The position numbers were made by a program, and so were the translations under genes. A DNA stretch of 64,000 bases from Gammaproteobacteria bacterium (GTDB lineage Bacteria; Pseudomonadota; Gammaproteobacteria; SZUA-152). Positions 1 to 9,720 of the stretch are shown piece by piece. The notes below the pieces were generated by a model that ran no database searches, had not been told where the DNA came from, and worked only from the letters and a program-made list of their open reading frames with translations. The stretch lies in NCBI GenBank assembly GCA_050116575.1, contig JASFOJ010000002.1, forward strand, positions 559 through 64,558, read 5' to 3'. Position 1 is the first letter of the stretch. Every line of letters begins with the position of its first letter.

Positions 1-1230
1 GCTGCTTGTCAAACTGGCAACGATCACCACCAACATGCCGGGTAGTATGATATTGGTATTCACCGTCAATTCCAGCAATGCCATTAACGCCGCCAGCGGC
101 GCCTGTAAAGTCGCCCCCATCATCGCCGCCATTCCCAGCATGGCGTAAAATCCCACCGAAGCCACGTCATTGGGCATAATGGTTTGCGCCACGATACCGA
201 TTGCTCCGCCGGCGGCCGCCCCGACAATCAGTGTCGGACCTATTAGTCCTCCCGGCAATCCCAGTCCCAGGCTAATCGTTGTTACCAGCATTTTGGCCAC
301 CACGATGGCAACCAGTAAGCCAATACCCAACTCTCCGGTAATCGCGGCATTCATGGTATCGTAGCCAATACCCATCACCTGGGGCAGCACCATGGCACAT
401 ATCCCGGTCAGCAAACCTGCCAACCCCATACGATAAAGATATGCCATGGACGCGGTGGTTTTGATGGTTAACCGCATCAATCTGATAAAAGCGGCCGCCA
501 GTGAACCAATGACCAACCCCATGACCAGCAACGCCGCCAGCTCCTTTACTGTGGCAAGCTTCAGCGCCGGCACCAAAAACACCGGATCAACGCCAAACAC
601 AGCCTGGGTTAACAGCGCACCACTGACGGCGGACAACATAATGGGAGCAAAGCCGGCAATGGTATATTCCATGACAATCACTTCCATGGCAAAAATGACA
701 CCGGCAATGGGCGTATTAAAAGATGCCGCGATGGAGGCAGAAGCACCACAGGCCACCAGGATGCGCAGGGTATTGTTGGGCAACTTGAGCCACTGCCCGA
801 TAAAACTGCCGGCGGCGGCACCCAGATGCACACCCGGCCCTTCACGTCCCACCGAATGCCCGCAAATGATACTGATCGCGGCACCGGCGAACTGAGCCAT
901 AAAATTGCGAAACGGCAGATTAGCCTGGTGATACGCCAGACGCTCCAGCACGTGCACGATACCTATCGGCACGGCGCCACGGTAGAAAACAAAAAATAAC
1001 GCAGCAATGATCAGCGCACCGACGAACGGCAATAAAAAACGCATTGTCAATGACAACGCTTCATAGTTCTCGGCATTACCCTGAGGGAGAAAAGCGGCCT
1101 GCGACGTTTCAATCATCAGACGAAAGGCAATGATAATCAACGCTGCAAACACGCCAACCACGATACCTAGCAATACCAACAACGGTAATGCCTCGGCACC
1201 GGCCAGTTTCAGTCGGATTTTCTCCAGCAA
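1..1230 (-). CDS. ClC family H+/Cl- antiporter/chloride channel (C-terminal end runs off window; TTG start at 1230-1228 after GGGAG)
   Basis: The reverse-strand translation is a continuous polytopic membrane protein. It carries the ClC signature GREGPGVHLGAA and, further on, YAMLGMAAMMGATLQAPLAALMALLELT. It is absent from the ORF track because the frame runs off the window edge. Confidence 0.75.
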   Translation of the reverse strand, partial: MLEKIRLKLAGAEALPLLVLLGIVVGVFAALIIIAFRLMIETSQAAFLPQGNAENYEALSLTMRFLLPFVGALIIAALFFVFYRGAVPIGIVHVLERLAYHQANLPFRNFMAQFAGAAISIICGHSVGREGPGVHLGAAAGSFIGQWLKLPNNTLRILVACGASASIAASFNTPIAGVIFAMEVIVMEYTIAGFAPIMLSAVSGALLTQAVFGVDPVFLVPALKLATVKELAALLVMGLVIGSLAAAFIRLMRLTIKTTASMAYLYRMGLAGLLTGICAMVLPQVMGIGYDTMNAAITGELGIGLLVAIVVAKMLVTTISLGLGLPGGLIGPTLIVGAAAGGAIGIVAQTIMPNDVASVGFYAMLGMAAMMGATLQAPLAALMALLELTVNTNIILPGMLVVIVASLTSS

Positions 1231-1673
1231 AGCTGCTCCCTAGGTAGTATTACAAATTACGTAAGTAGCCAAAACCGGCATTATCTGCAAAAGACGTGCT
1301 ACCTGCTATGCCTGCAATCGCGAAAACGTAATGCCAACAATATGATGTCGACGTTGTTATGATCAGCCGCTATTAGTGCTGCGCACCAAATATGATCAAA
1401 TGTTTTTGTCGCCCCCGGACAACGCAAATCCACAAAACGGTTATTACGCTTATTACTGTTAGCGAATATTCCCGCAGCAAAGCAAACAGCGGCAAAGAAT
1501 CAATAATTCAATTAGTTATAGATTAGATTAATCCCTAATGCGAAACAACATGGGCCACGGCACCGGCTACAATAACATCCGGATACGAAATTTACGGACT
1601 GAATTTAGACTTGATCCAGTTCGTGCGGTCGTTGCCTTTGCGGCGTTTCACTGCAATTAACTGCAACTCAGTA

Positions 1674-1702
1674 TTGACTCTGCGCCGAGCAACAGGTAGA
1701 TT
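1674..1702 (+). promoter_or_regulatory. Candidate sigma-70 promoter (TTGACT-17-TAGATT)
   Basis: The -35 TTGACT lies at 1674-1679 and the -10 TAGATT at 1697-1702. It sits ~60-90 nt upstream of the terminator at 1765-1789. Confidence 0.4.
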
Positions 1703-1764
1703 GCTTGTCACTCAGTGGAGGAATTCGCTGATGTTACAACAATAAAAACAACCAAGTTTTAAAA

Positions 1765-1789
1765 AGCGGCTTCGGTCGCTTTTTTTTTG
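1765..1789 (+). terminator. Rho-independent terminator (hairpin AGCGGC-ttcg-GTCGCT followed by T9)
   Basis: The stem has one G-U wobble and is followed by TTTTTTTTT. It is flanked upstream by an A-run, so it could also act on the minus strand. Confidence 0.7.
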
Positions 1790-1966
1790 TTTTACGCCTG
1801 GCAACATAATAAAACGCCTGAAGACAACAGCACTCGACAACAACACCTGATTACAACCACGACAGGTAACAATACACTGCGTGATACTACAATTCGTATT
1901 AACGTCGTCAGTATTCGTATCGGTACGCTATAACTATAAAAGGTAATATCGCCACAGATATCAAAC

Positions 1967-2404
1967 ATGCCCGATAGTGCCCTGAGTTTATGGGGATTGT
2001 TTACCTCCGCTTTTTTGTCCGCAACGTTGTTGCCCGGCAGTTCGGAAGTATTATTGGTCTACCTGGTAAACCATTCCTCGCATCCAATACCATTGTTGTT
2101 GGCATTGTCCACGGCTGGGAATACTTTGGGCGGGATGACGACGTACGGGCTGGGACGCCTGTTAGCCTGGCGCTTTCCCAACAGGGAATTGCGCCGCGAA
2201 CATCAAACGGCCCTGGCACGTATACAGCGCTGGGGCAGTTTAAGTTTGCTGCTCTCGTGGGTTCCCGTCATCGGCGATCCATTATGCGCCGCTGCCGGAT
2301 ACCTGAAAATCAATCCTCTATTAACGCTGCTGTTACTGGCGTTGGGGAAAATGGTCCGTTATTTGTTCGTCATCAAAGCCGCGCCAGCGATTGCGCTATT
2401 GTAA
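1967..2404 (+). CDS. yqaA: YqaA/DedA-like small inner-membrane protein
   Basis: The 145-aa product has a LLPGSSEVLLVY motif and about four TM helices, with size and motif typical of YqaA. Confidence 0.65.
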   Translation: MPDSALSLWGLFTSAFLSATLLPGSSEVLLVYLVNHSSHPIPLLLALSTAGNTLGGMTTYGLGRLLAWRFPNRELRREHQTALARIQRWGSLSLLLSWVPVIGDPLCAAAGYLKINPLLTLLLLALGKMVRYLFVIKAAPAIALL

Positions 2405-2827
2405 GCCAAACCGGAATGTGCGTTGCAATAAAACCGGCGAAACCGCCGAATCCGTTCGATACACGCTAAATGCAGGATAATTATATTACCCTTGTGGTAT
2501 TAGCTTAATGTGCTAAATACGTTAAAATTATTGCCTATAACAAATCAAGAATCAGGATTTGCAGGGATTGAAGCTGACGGCAGGGAAGCGGCGAGCCAAG
2601 GAGAGCCAAACCGGTCGTTAAAACCGACCATTACCACCAGATAGCACGTGACATAAAAAAATCACGCAGCGGGGGTTGTTCAATATGCCGTCACTCGCTG
2701 ACAGGAGCACAGGCCTTTTTTTCCAGTGAAGACTAATAATCATTCCGGCAGTCCAAAACCCCATCAGTAAAGTGCAGTCGTAACTAACGTAAGTTGACGA
2801 ATTAACCGGCTAAGTGAATCTAGATCA

Positions 2828-5800
2828 GTGAAACGCGTTCGCGAGATACCCTACAATTATACTTCCTACACCGACCGCGAAATTGTATTGCGATATCTCG
2901 GTGAGGACATGTGGCAGACCGTCAATGAATTGCGCGGTTCGCGCCGCACCGGCCGGTCAGCGCGCATGATATTTGAAGTGCTTGGCGATATGTGGGTTAT
3001 CAGCCGTAATCCCTATATCCAGGATGACTTGCTGACCAACCCCAAACGCCATGCCTCCTTGACCCACGCCCTGCACCACCGGCTGGACCAGGTGATTGCC
3101 CGCGCCGAAGGTAACCAGCGCGCACTGGCGCTGGCCAACGCCTGTCGCAGGGCGGTGGAGGATTTCGAGACCTGGTTTCCCCGGCAAAAACAGTTGCGCC
3201 AAAAAGTTACCCGTAAGCTGGCACGCATCACCCATAAAGACAATATTCACTTCGACGGTCACGCGCGCATTTCGCACGTCACCGACGCCTCGGACTGGCG
3301 CGTGGAATTTCCCTTTGTGGTTATTACCCCGGATACCGAACAGGAAATGGCGGAGGTGGTTCACGCCTGTACACAGGCCGGGTTAAGTATTGTGCCCCGT
3401 GGTGGCGGCACCGGGTACACGGGCGGCGCAGTTCCATTACAAAACAATAGCGCGGTGATCAACACCGAAAAACTGGATCATATCGGCAGCGTCACCCAGG
3501 CTCGGCTCGAGGGCGTCGATGAACCTGTTACGACCATTGCCGTTGGCGCCGGTGTGGTTACACGCCGTGTAGCGGAACAGGCTGAAGCCCACGGTCATGT
3601 GTTCGCGGTGGATCCCACGTCACAGGATGCCTCCTGCATCGGCGGTAACATCGCCATGAACGCCGGCGGTAAAAAAGCCGTGCTCTGGGGCACCACGCTG
3701 GATAACCTGGTGTCCTGGCGCATGGTCACGCCCGATGCCAACTGGCTAGAAGTCACCCGCATCAATCATAACCTGGGCAAGATTCACGAACAGGAAATCG
3801 CCGAGTTTCGCGTCGACTACTACCAGCGCGACGGCAAAACACCGCTTAAAGACTCGATCACGTTGCGCATTCCCGGCAAGGAATTGCGCAAGCAGGGACT
3901 GGGCAAAGACGTCACCAATAAATTCCTCGGCGGCCTGCCCGGCATCCAGAAGGAAGGCTGTGACGGATTAATCACCTCGGCAGTCTTTATCTTACACCGC
4001 ATGCCAAAGCACATCCGCACGGTGTGCCTGGAATTTTTCGGCGCCGATATGCGCATGGCGGTGCCGGCAATCGTGGAAACCAAGGATTACCTGGACAGCC
4101 TGCCCGATGTGCAGCTGGCGGGCATGGAACATCTCGACGAGCGCTATGTACGCGCGGTGGATTACAGTACCAAGGCGGCCCGCCGCGAATATCCGAAAAT
4201 GGTGTTATTACTGGACATTGCCAGTGACGATGAAGACCAAAGTGCCAAAGCCGCTTCACAGGTGGTGCAAATGGCCAATGCCCGCAACGCCGAAGGATTT
4301 ATCGCCGTCAGCCCAGAAGCCAGGCACCGCTTCTGGCTGGATCGCAGCCGCACCGCGGCTATCGCCGCGCACACCAACGCCTTTAAGATCAACGAAGACG
4401 TTGTCATTCCGCTGGATAAACTGGCGGACTACAGCGAGGCCATCGAACGCATCAACATCGAGCTGTCTACCCGAAACAAACTGCGCATGATCAACGAAGT
4501 CATTGAGTTTCTCGATGACAAACTGCCGGACTACGTCAAGCTGTCCGACGACGAAACCAGTGCAGAAGGTGACGAAATCATTTTCGGTAAACAACAGGCA
4601 GCACGACAAGTGCTGACAAAAGTCAAAGACCAGTGGACGGACCTGCTGACGCATATCGATGATCCGGCCAACGAACACCGAAACCTCGTCGATGCGGAAC
4701 TGATCAACGAACAGAACAGCACGCTGGACAAGGTCATTCAATCCGACGAAAACCTGTTCCGCCTGCTGCAACGGCGCGAGCTGCGCATTTCCTATCGCCG
4801 CAGCGTAGAGCAGCCGCTAAAAGAGATTTTCGCCGGCAAGGAGTTTGAGCCGGTGCGCGCGCAGTTTGATGAAATCCATCGCGACATCCGTAACAGCCGG
4901 CTGTTTGTCGCCACCCACATGCACGCCGGTGACGGTAACGTGCATACCAATATTCCGGTACATTCCAACGATTACTATATGCTGCACGAAGCCGAGGAAG
5001 TGGTTGACCGCATCATGGATATCGCCGGGTCTCTGGGCGGCGTCATATCCGGAGAACACGGTATCGGCATCACCAAAATTCAGTACCTGGACGATCAAAG
5101 TATCGCGGCATTCAGCAAATACAAACGTGAGATTGACCCGCAAAACCGGTTCAACCCTGACAAATTGTCTCAAAAGCAGATTCTCGACAGTGCCTATACG
5201 CCGTCACTGCGCCTGCTGGAACAGGAAGCCATATTGCTGGAAGCCAGCGAACTGGGCGAACTGAATACTCATGTCAAGGATTGTCTGCGCTGCGGTAAAT
5301 GCAAGCCCGTCTGTAATACCCATGTGCCGCGGGCCAACCTGTTGTATTCACCGCGGGACAAGATACTGTCTTCGGGATTAATCATCGAGGCGTTTTTATA
5401 CGAAGAGCAAACCCGCCGCGGCATATCCGTGCGTCATTTTGATGAAATGACCGACGTTGCCGATCATTGTACGGTGTGCCACAAGTGCCTGAGCCCCTGT
5501 CCGGTGAACATCGACTTCGGTGATGTATCCATCCTGATGCGCAATTTGCTCAACTATCATGGCAAACGCAAAACCACCCTCGGCACCAGGCTGTCCATTG
5601 CTTATCTGAATATGACCGATCCCCGCGCCATCAGACTCATGCGCAAATATCTCATTGGATGGGGGTATAAACTGCAACGACTGGCCAACCGGTGGTACCG
5701 TAAATTCGTGCCCGCCGAGCGGGAGAAACGCCCCGATGCCACCACCGGCAAAATGGCATTAACCACCCAGGTGGTGCACTTTGTCAAAAAGCCCATGCCG

Positions 5801-6691
5801 GCAAACGTGCCGCGCCAGACCGCCCGGGAATTACTGGCGCTGGAGGACGATAAAACCATCCCCATTATTCGCAATCCTGAAGAGTTAACCGATGACACGG
5901 AAAGTGTATTCTATTTTCCGGGCTGCGGTTCCGAGCGGCTGTTCAGTCAAATTTCACTGGCCACCATTGCCATGTTGTACGACACCGGTGTCCAAACCGT
6001 GCTGCCGCCCGGTTACCTGTGCTGCGGGTACCCGCAAACTTCCAGTGGTGACGAAGAAAAAGGTAAACAAATCTCTGTCAACAACCAGGTGCTATTTCAC
6101 CGCGTGGCCAATACGCTGAACTATCTGGACATTAAAACCGTCCTGGTATCCTGCGGCACCTGTATCGACCAACTGGAGAAATACCGGTTTGATAAAATAT
6201 TTCCCGGCTGCCGCCTCATGGACATCCATGAATTCCTGATGGAAAAAGGCGTCACGTTACAAAACCCATCGGGCGTGCAATATCTGTATCACGATCCCTG
6301 TCATACACCGTTGAAGAAATACAGTCCCGCTAAAGTTACCCGCGCCCTGTTACAACAGGAGGTTCCGCTCTCCGACCGTTGTTGCGGCGAAGCGGGTACC
6401 TTCGCGGTATCGCGGCCAGATATAGCTACCCAGGTACGCTACCGTAAACAGGAAGAACTGACTAAGGGAATCCATCAACTGACAGGGGAAACGCTCGCCC
6501 GCGAGGGAAATGTGAAACTATTAACCTCCTGTCCGGCGTGCCAACAGGGACTGTCCCGCTACCGCAATGAAACCGGCCTGGATACCGACTACATCGTCGT
6601 GGAACTGGCCAATCAGCTGTTGGGTGAAAACTGGCAAGCGGAGTTTATCGAGCGCGCTCGCAAAGGCGGCATTGAACAGGTATTACTGTAG
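2828..6691 (+). CDS. DUF3683-FAD-linked oxidase-(Fe-S) oxidoreductase fusion protein (YdiJ-like 2-hydroxyacid dehydrogenase)
   Basis: The 1287-aa product uses a GTG start. Its N-terminus carries REIPYNYTS (DUF3683). A central FAD-binding PCMH domain ([15 protein letters not shown]) and a glycolate-oxidase-like C-terminal domain (EHGIGITK) follow. The distal part has two CxxCxxCxxxCP ferredoxin clusters and CCG domains like GlcF. Confidence 0.85.
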   Translation: MKRVREIPYNYTSYTDREIVLRYLGEDMWQTVNELRGSRRTGRSARMIFEVLGDMWVISRNPYIQDDLLTNPKRHASLTHALHHRLDQVIARAEGNQRALALANACRRAVEDFETWFPRQKQLRQKVTRKLARITHKDNIHFDGHARISHVTDASDWRVEFPFVVITPDTEQEMAEVVHACTQAGLSIVPRGGGTGYTGGAVPLQNNSAVINTEKLDHIGSVTQARLEGVDEPVTTIAVGAGVVTRRVAEQAEAHGHVFAVDPTSQDASCIGGNIAMNAGGKKAVLWGTTLDNLVSWRMVTPDANWLEVTRINHNLGKIHEQEIAEFRVDYYQRDGKTPLKDSITLRIPGKELRKQGLGKDVTNKFLGGLPGIQKEGCDGLITSAVFILHRMPKHIRTVCLEFFGADMRMAVPAIVETKDYLDSLPDVQLAGMEHLDERYVRAVDYSTKAARREYPKMVLLLDIASDDEDQSAKAASQVVQMANARNAEGFIAVSPEARHRFWLDRSRTAAIAAHTNAFKINEDVVIPLDKLADYSEAIERINIELSTRNKLRMINEVIEFLDDKLPDYVKLSDDETSAEGDEIIFGKQQAARQVLTKVKDQWTDLLTHIDDPANEHRNLVDAELINEQNSTLDKVIQSDENLFRLLQRRELRISYRRSVEQPLKEIFAGKEFEPVRAQFDEIHRDIRNSRLFVATHMHAGDGNVHTNIPVHSNDYYMLHEAEEVVDRIMDIAGSLGGVISGEHGIGITKIQYLDDQSIAAFSKYKREIDPQNRFNPDKLSQKQILDSAYTPSLRLLEQEAILLEASELGELNTHVKDCLRCGKCKPVCNTHVPRANLLYSPRDKILSSGLIIEAFLYEEQTRRGISVRHFDEMTDVADHCTVCHKCLSPCPVNIDFGDVSILMRNLLNYHGKRKTTLGTRLSIAYLNMTDPRAIRLMRKYLIGWGYKLQRLANRWYRKFVPAEREKRPDATTGKMALTTQVVHFVKKPMPANVPRQTARELLALEDDKTIPIIRNPEELTDDTESVFYFPGCGSERLFSQISLATIAMLYDTGVQTVLPPGYLCCGYPQTSSGDEEKGKQISVNNQVLFHRVANTLNYLDIKTVLVSCGTCIDQLEKYRFDKIFPGCRLMDIHEFLMEKGVTLQNPSGVQYLYHDPCHTPLKKYSPAKVTRALLQQEVPLSDRCCGEAGTFAVSRPDIATQVRYRKQEELTKGIHQLTGETLAREGNVKLLTSCPACQQGLSRYRNETGLDTDYIVVELANQLLGENWQAEFIERARKGGIEQVLL

Positions 6692-6695
6692 CAAA

Positions 6696-7118
6696 TCAGG
6701 CGACATGATGTTGCGTTACGGCAATATCGTCAATATAAGACTGAATCGCTTCCCGGGTAGTCTCAAACACTTTTGATAGTTCTGCAAGCTGTGACTTCAA
6801 TTGCTGACCCGTATGTTCTTCTTCGGTAAGCGCTTCCAATAATACACAGTGCCAGGCCAGTTTCAGGGCACCGATATTGCCGCTACTGCCTTTCAACCGA
6901 TGGGCAAGATGCCGAGTCCGGGGCTCATCGCCCGCGGCTATGGCCAGCTCGATGCGTTCCAGATTACGGGCGGTGTTGTTCAGGTATTCGGAAAGATACT
7001 GACCAAAGGGTTCACTGCCAATAAAGTTTTTTAATGCGTCCAGAATCTCACGGTTGAGCAACTGTTCTTTATGTGCATCATCAACTTCATCAAAACCTGC
7101 AGTCATCATTTTGAACAT
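6696..7118 (-). CDS. Stand-alone Hpt (histidine phosphotransfer) domain protein
   Basis: The 140-aa product has the HRLKGSSGNIGA phospho-His motif of Hpt domains. Confidence 0.7.
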   Translation of the reverse strand: MFKMMTAGFDEVDDAHKEQLLNREILDALKNFIGSEPFGQYLSEYLNNTARNLERIELAIAAGDEPRTRHLAHRLKGSSGNIGALKLAWHCVLLEALTEEEHTGQQLKSQLAELSKVFETTREAIQSYIDDIAVTQHHVA

Positions 7119-7301
7119 GCCTCGCTATCTGATATATAAAAATGTGCTAGCATTACCGCACCTAAATTCTGTAACGTCTGCAAGGTGCTAAAACTTAAGC
7201 ATATTGCGCGGAAATAGAAAGAATACCGATGGTGTATCAGGATTGCTGGCACCGCTTATAGGTACCGCCGACAATTTTAACTTATTGTTTTTATTGATTT
7301 A

Positions 7302-7814
7302 ATGACCAACATAAACGACAGCGACGAGCACGATATTGAACCCGTCAGCAAATCGCGCATGAAACGGGAAATGCACGCGCTGCAAGCGCTGGGTGAAAAG
7401 CTGGTGGAACTATCTAACGAGCAAATCCAGCAACTGAATATTCCCGACGCGTTGCGCGATGCAGTATTGCAGGCCAAGGCCATCAAAAAACACGGTGCCA
7501 GACGCCGCCAATTGCAATACGTCGGACGGTTAATGCGGGACGTCGATGCCGGCGATTTACAACAACAATACGATAACGTTACTCAACATTCGGCTGCCGC
7601 CGTTGCACAATTGCACCAGGTGGAAAAGTGGCGAACCCGCCTGCTGGAGGATGAAGATCAGGCATTGCAGGCATTTTTACAGCAATATCCCGATACCGAC
7701 CGGCAACAATTGCGCCAGTTAATAAGAACCGCGCGCCAGGAACACCGCAATAACAAACCGCCCAAAGCATATCGAAAATTGTTTCATTTTATTAAAGAGC
7801 TGCTGGTGTCCTGA
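7302..7814 (+). CDS. yjgA: Ribosome-associated protein YjgA/DarP (DUF615)
   Basis: The 170-aa product has the SKSRMKREMHALQALGEKLVEL block typical of YjgA and is charged and helical. Confidence 0.7.
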   Translation: MTNINDSDEHDIEPVSKSRMKREMHALQALGEKLVELSNEQIQQLNIPDALRDAVLQAKAIKKHGARRRQLQYVGRLMRDVDAGDLQQQYDNVTQHSAAAVAQLHQVEKWRTRLLEDEDQALQAFLQQYPDTDRQQLRQLIRTARQEHRNNKPPKAYRKLFHFIKELLVS

Positions 7815-7830
7815 AGCCCTCTGGGTGCTA

Positions 7831-7863
7831 ACAAAAAATGCGCTTCCCGTTGCGAGAAGCGCC
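7831..7863 (-). terminator. Rho-independent terminator (minus-strand sense) downstream of 7912..8301 gene
   Basis: The stem GCGCTTC/GAAGCGC has a 9-nt loop. On the minus strand it is followed by ATTTTTTGTT. Confidence 0.55.
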
Positions 7864-7911
7864 CTGTGATCAACGATAAAAGCGACGACCGCCAGTTAGG
7901 TCGCGGCGGAT

Positions 7912-8301
7912 TTACTCGTCGTTCTTGTCTCCGTAGGGACCCAACATGGCGTCGTCCTGCATGCTATAAGCACCCAGGCGATTGTCTTTCTTCGGCGCCC
8001 TCCGGCTGCGCTCCTTGGTCATTTCATTGCTGCTGATCTGCACCCTGGCCGCGGGTACCCATTCGTCATTGACGTCACCATAACGCCCCAGCATACTGCC
8101 GTCCTCAAGCGAGAAACCACCCAGGTGTTCGTCCTTGCGCTTGTTGCCAGCATCGCCCGCCATGGCAACAGAACCGCCAAAAATACCGACACTCAACGCG
8201 ATTGTTAAACATGATGTTGCCAACGGTTTAGCGAAACCGCCTTTAAATGTACCCTTAACTGATTGAAAAACTGTTACGCCGACCTGACTTCTGCTACTCA
8301 T
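7912..8301 (-). CDS. Small secreted protein with duplicated ~24-aa motif (hypothetical)
   Basis: An AAGAGGT RBS sits 10 nt upstream. There is a signal peptide (...IALSVGIFGGSVAMA/GD). The two internal repeats are HLGGFSLEDGSMLGRYGDVNDEW and RLGAYSMQDDAMLGPYGDKNDE. A hairpin plus T-run terminator lies downstream at 7831-7863. Confidence 0.55.
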   Translation of the reverse strand: MSSRSQVGVTVFQSVKGTFKGGFAKPLATSCLTIALSVGIFGGSVAMAGDAGNKRKDEHLGGFSLEDGSMLGRYGDVNDEWVPAARVQISSNEMTKERSRRAPKKDNRLGAYSMQDDAMLGPYGDKNDE

Positions 8302-8620
8302 TTAAATAACTACCTCTTGACACGGATTAGACAAAGCATGTTAAAAAAGTACATCCTGTATCGTCCGTTTCGATGAAATGTTTACAGGTTTTGTGCAATT
8401 TGTCACAACATGCGCCTTGACAGCGAATCTATCACAACTTACTGATAATATTTACTAATCCGTATCAGCGGTAATATAAATTAAGAAATATCAGAAAATT
8501 CCCGCCGGTAGGTTCTTGGTCTGCGAGCGCTAATAGGGGAAACAGGAATGAGCAAATACCGTAGCTGCTCCGGCCCTTGCAGTCAAAGGCCCGGAACTGG
8601 ATACCTCCGGCAGGAAAACG

Positions 8621-9460
8621 TTACTTTTCGACGACGCAGGTTAACTTGCGATGATCAATCACCGGGAATGTGCTGCGCAGATTCCTGATCTGTGAACGAT
8701 CATAGTGGGCGATGACAAAACCGGAACCACTTGCCAGCCGATCCAGCACGTTGCCCCATGGGTCGACTATCATGCTGTCACCGTAAGACTCCCTGCCATT
8801 GACATGATATCCTCCCTGGGCCGCCGCAATGACGTAGCACAGGTTTTCAATGGCGCGGGCCCGCACCAGGATTTCCCAATGGGCCTTACCGGTAACCGCG
8901 GTGAACGCCGCCGGTATCGCAATCAATTCCGCACCCTGATTCAGCATGTTGCGGAATAACTCCGGGAAACGAAGGTCATAGCAGACCGCCAGCCCAAGCC
9001 TGCCAAAGGGTGTTTCCGCCACCACTACCGTATCACCGGCTTCTATGGTTTCCGATTCTATGTATTTTTCGTTGCTTTGCGTGATCTGCACGTCAAATAA
9101 ATGCGTTTTGTCATATTGTGCAACGCGCTCACCCTGGTCGTTGTAAAGCAGGCAGGCCGCCCTGACCTTGGCGGCTGAAGTCGACTCCAGGGGAATAGTC
9201 CCTCCCACCAGCCAGATGTTGTTGCTTGACGCCTGTTCGGACAAAAACGCCTGAATCGGTCCCTCGCCGGGTTTTTCCCTGACAGCGACCTTGTCCTGTT
9301 CCTGCATACCCATAATCGCGAAATTTTCCGGCAACACAATCATTTTGGCGCCGGCATCGGCAGCGAGTTTGATTAGACGCCTTGCTTCATTGAGGTTGGC
9401 ACTAATGTTCGGTCCCGAGGCCATTTGAACAGCCGCAATTTTTATTGTTTTGTCAGTCAT
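8621..9460 (-). CDS. Carbon-nitrogen hydrolase family protein (nitrilase superfamily, omega-amidase-like)
   Basis: The 279-aa product has IAAVQM, LPENF and the catalytic Cys context GLAVCYDLRFPELF. Confidence 0.85.
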   Translation of the reverse strand: MTDKTIKIAAVQMASGPNISANLNEARRLIKLAADAGAKMIVLPENFAIMGMQEQDKVAVREKPGEGPIQAFLSEQASSNNIWLVGGTIPLESTSAAKVRAACLLYNDQGERVAQYDKTHLFDVQITQSNEKYIESETIEAGDTVVVAETPFGRLGLAVCYDLRFPELFRNMLNQGAELIAIPAAFTAVTGKAHWEILVRARAIENLCYVIAAAQGGYHVNGRESYGDSMIVDPWGNVLDRLASGSGFVIAHYDRSQIRNLRSTFPVIDHRKLTCVVEK

Positions 9461-9720
9461 AAAACACCTGGAGCTAGAAAGTTATACCCGTTACCCGTCA
9501 AACTACCGCAATTGCCGCGTGTTTATCAATTGCGGTAACCGCGATTAGCTGAATTTCTTTTATCAACAATTTTTATCATGGGCATATTACGCCACAATCA
9601 ATACCCGAGCAGCTTCCCTGCACTGTTATTGTCCAGGTTATTGCCTGCAAGTATGCGCATTGGCTCCGCAACACCGCTGATCAATGACTTACCCTCTTTT
9701 ACACTGTGCAATTTCAGGAC

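Noticed and set aside
1990-2469. 159-aa ORF overlapping yqaA in another frame
   Set aside because: The yqaA frame carries the conserved DedA/YqaA motif, so the alternative frame is spurious.
4256-4771. 171-aa antisense ORF inside the large FAD-oxidase fusion gene, and similar long antisense ORFs (13857..14468 +, 23653..24444 +, 45491..46288 +, 47902..48468 +)
   Set aside because: They overlap well-supported conserved genes on the opposite strand and have no RBS or family support. These are spurious frames.
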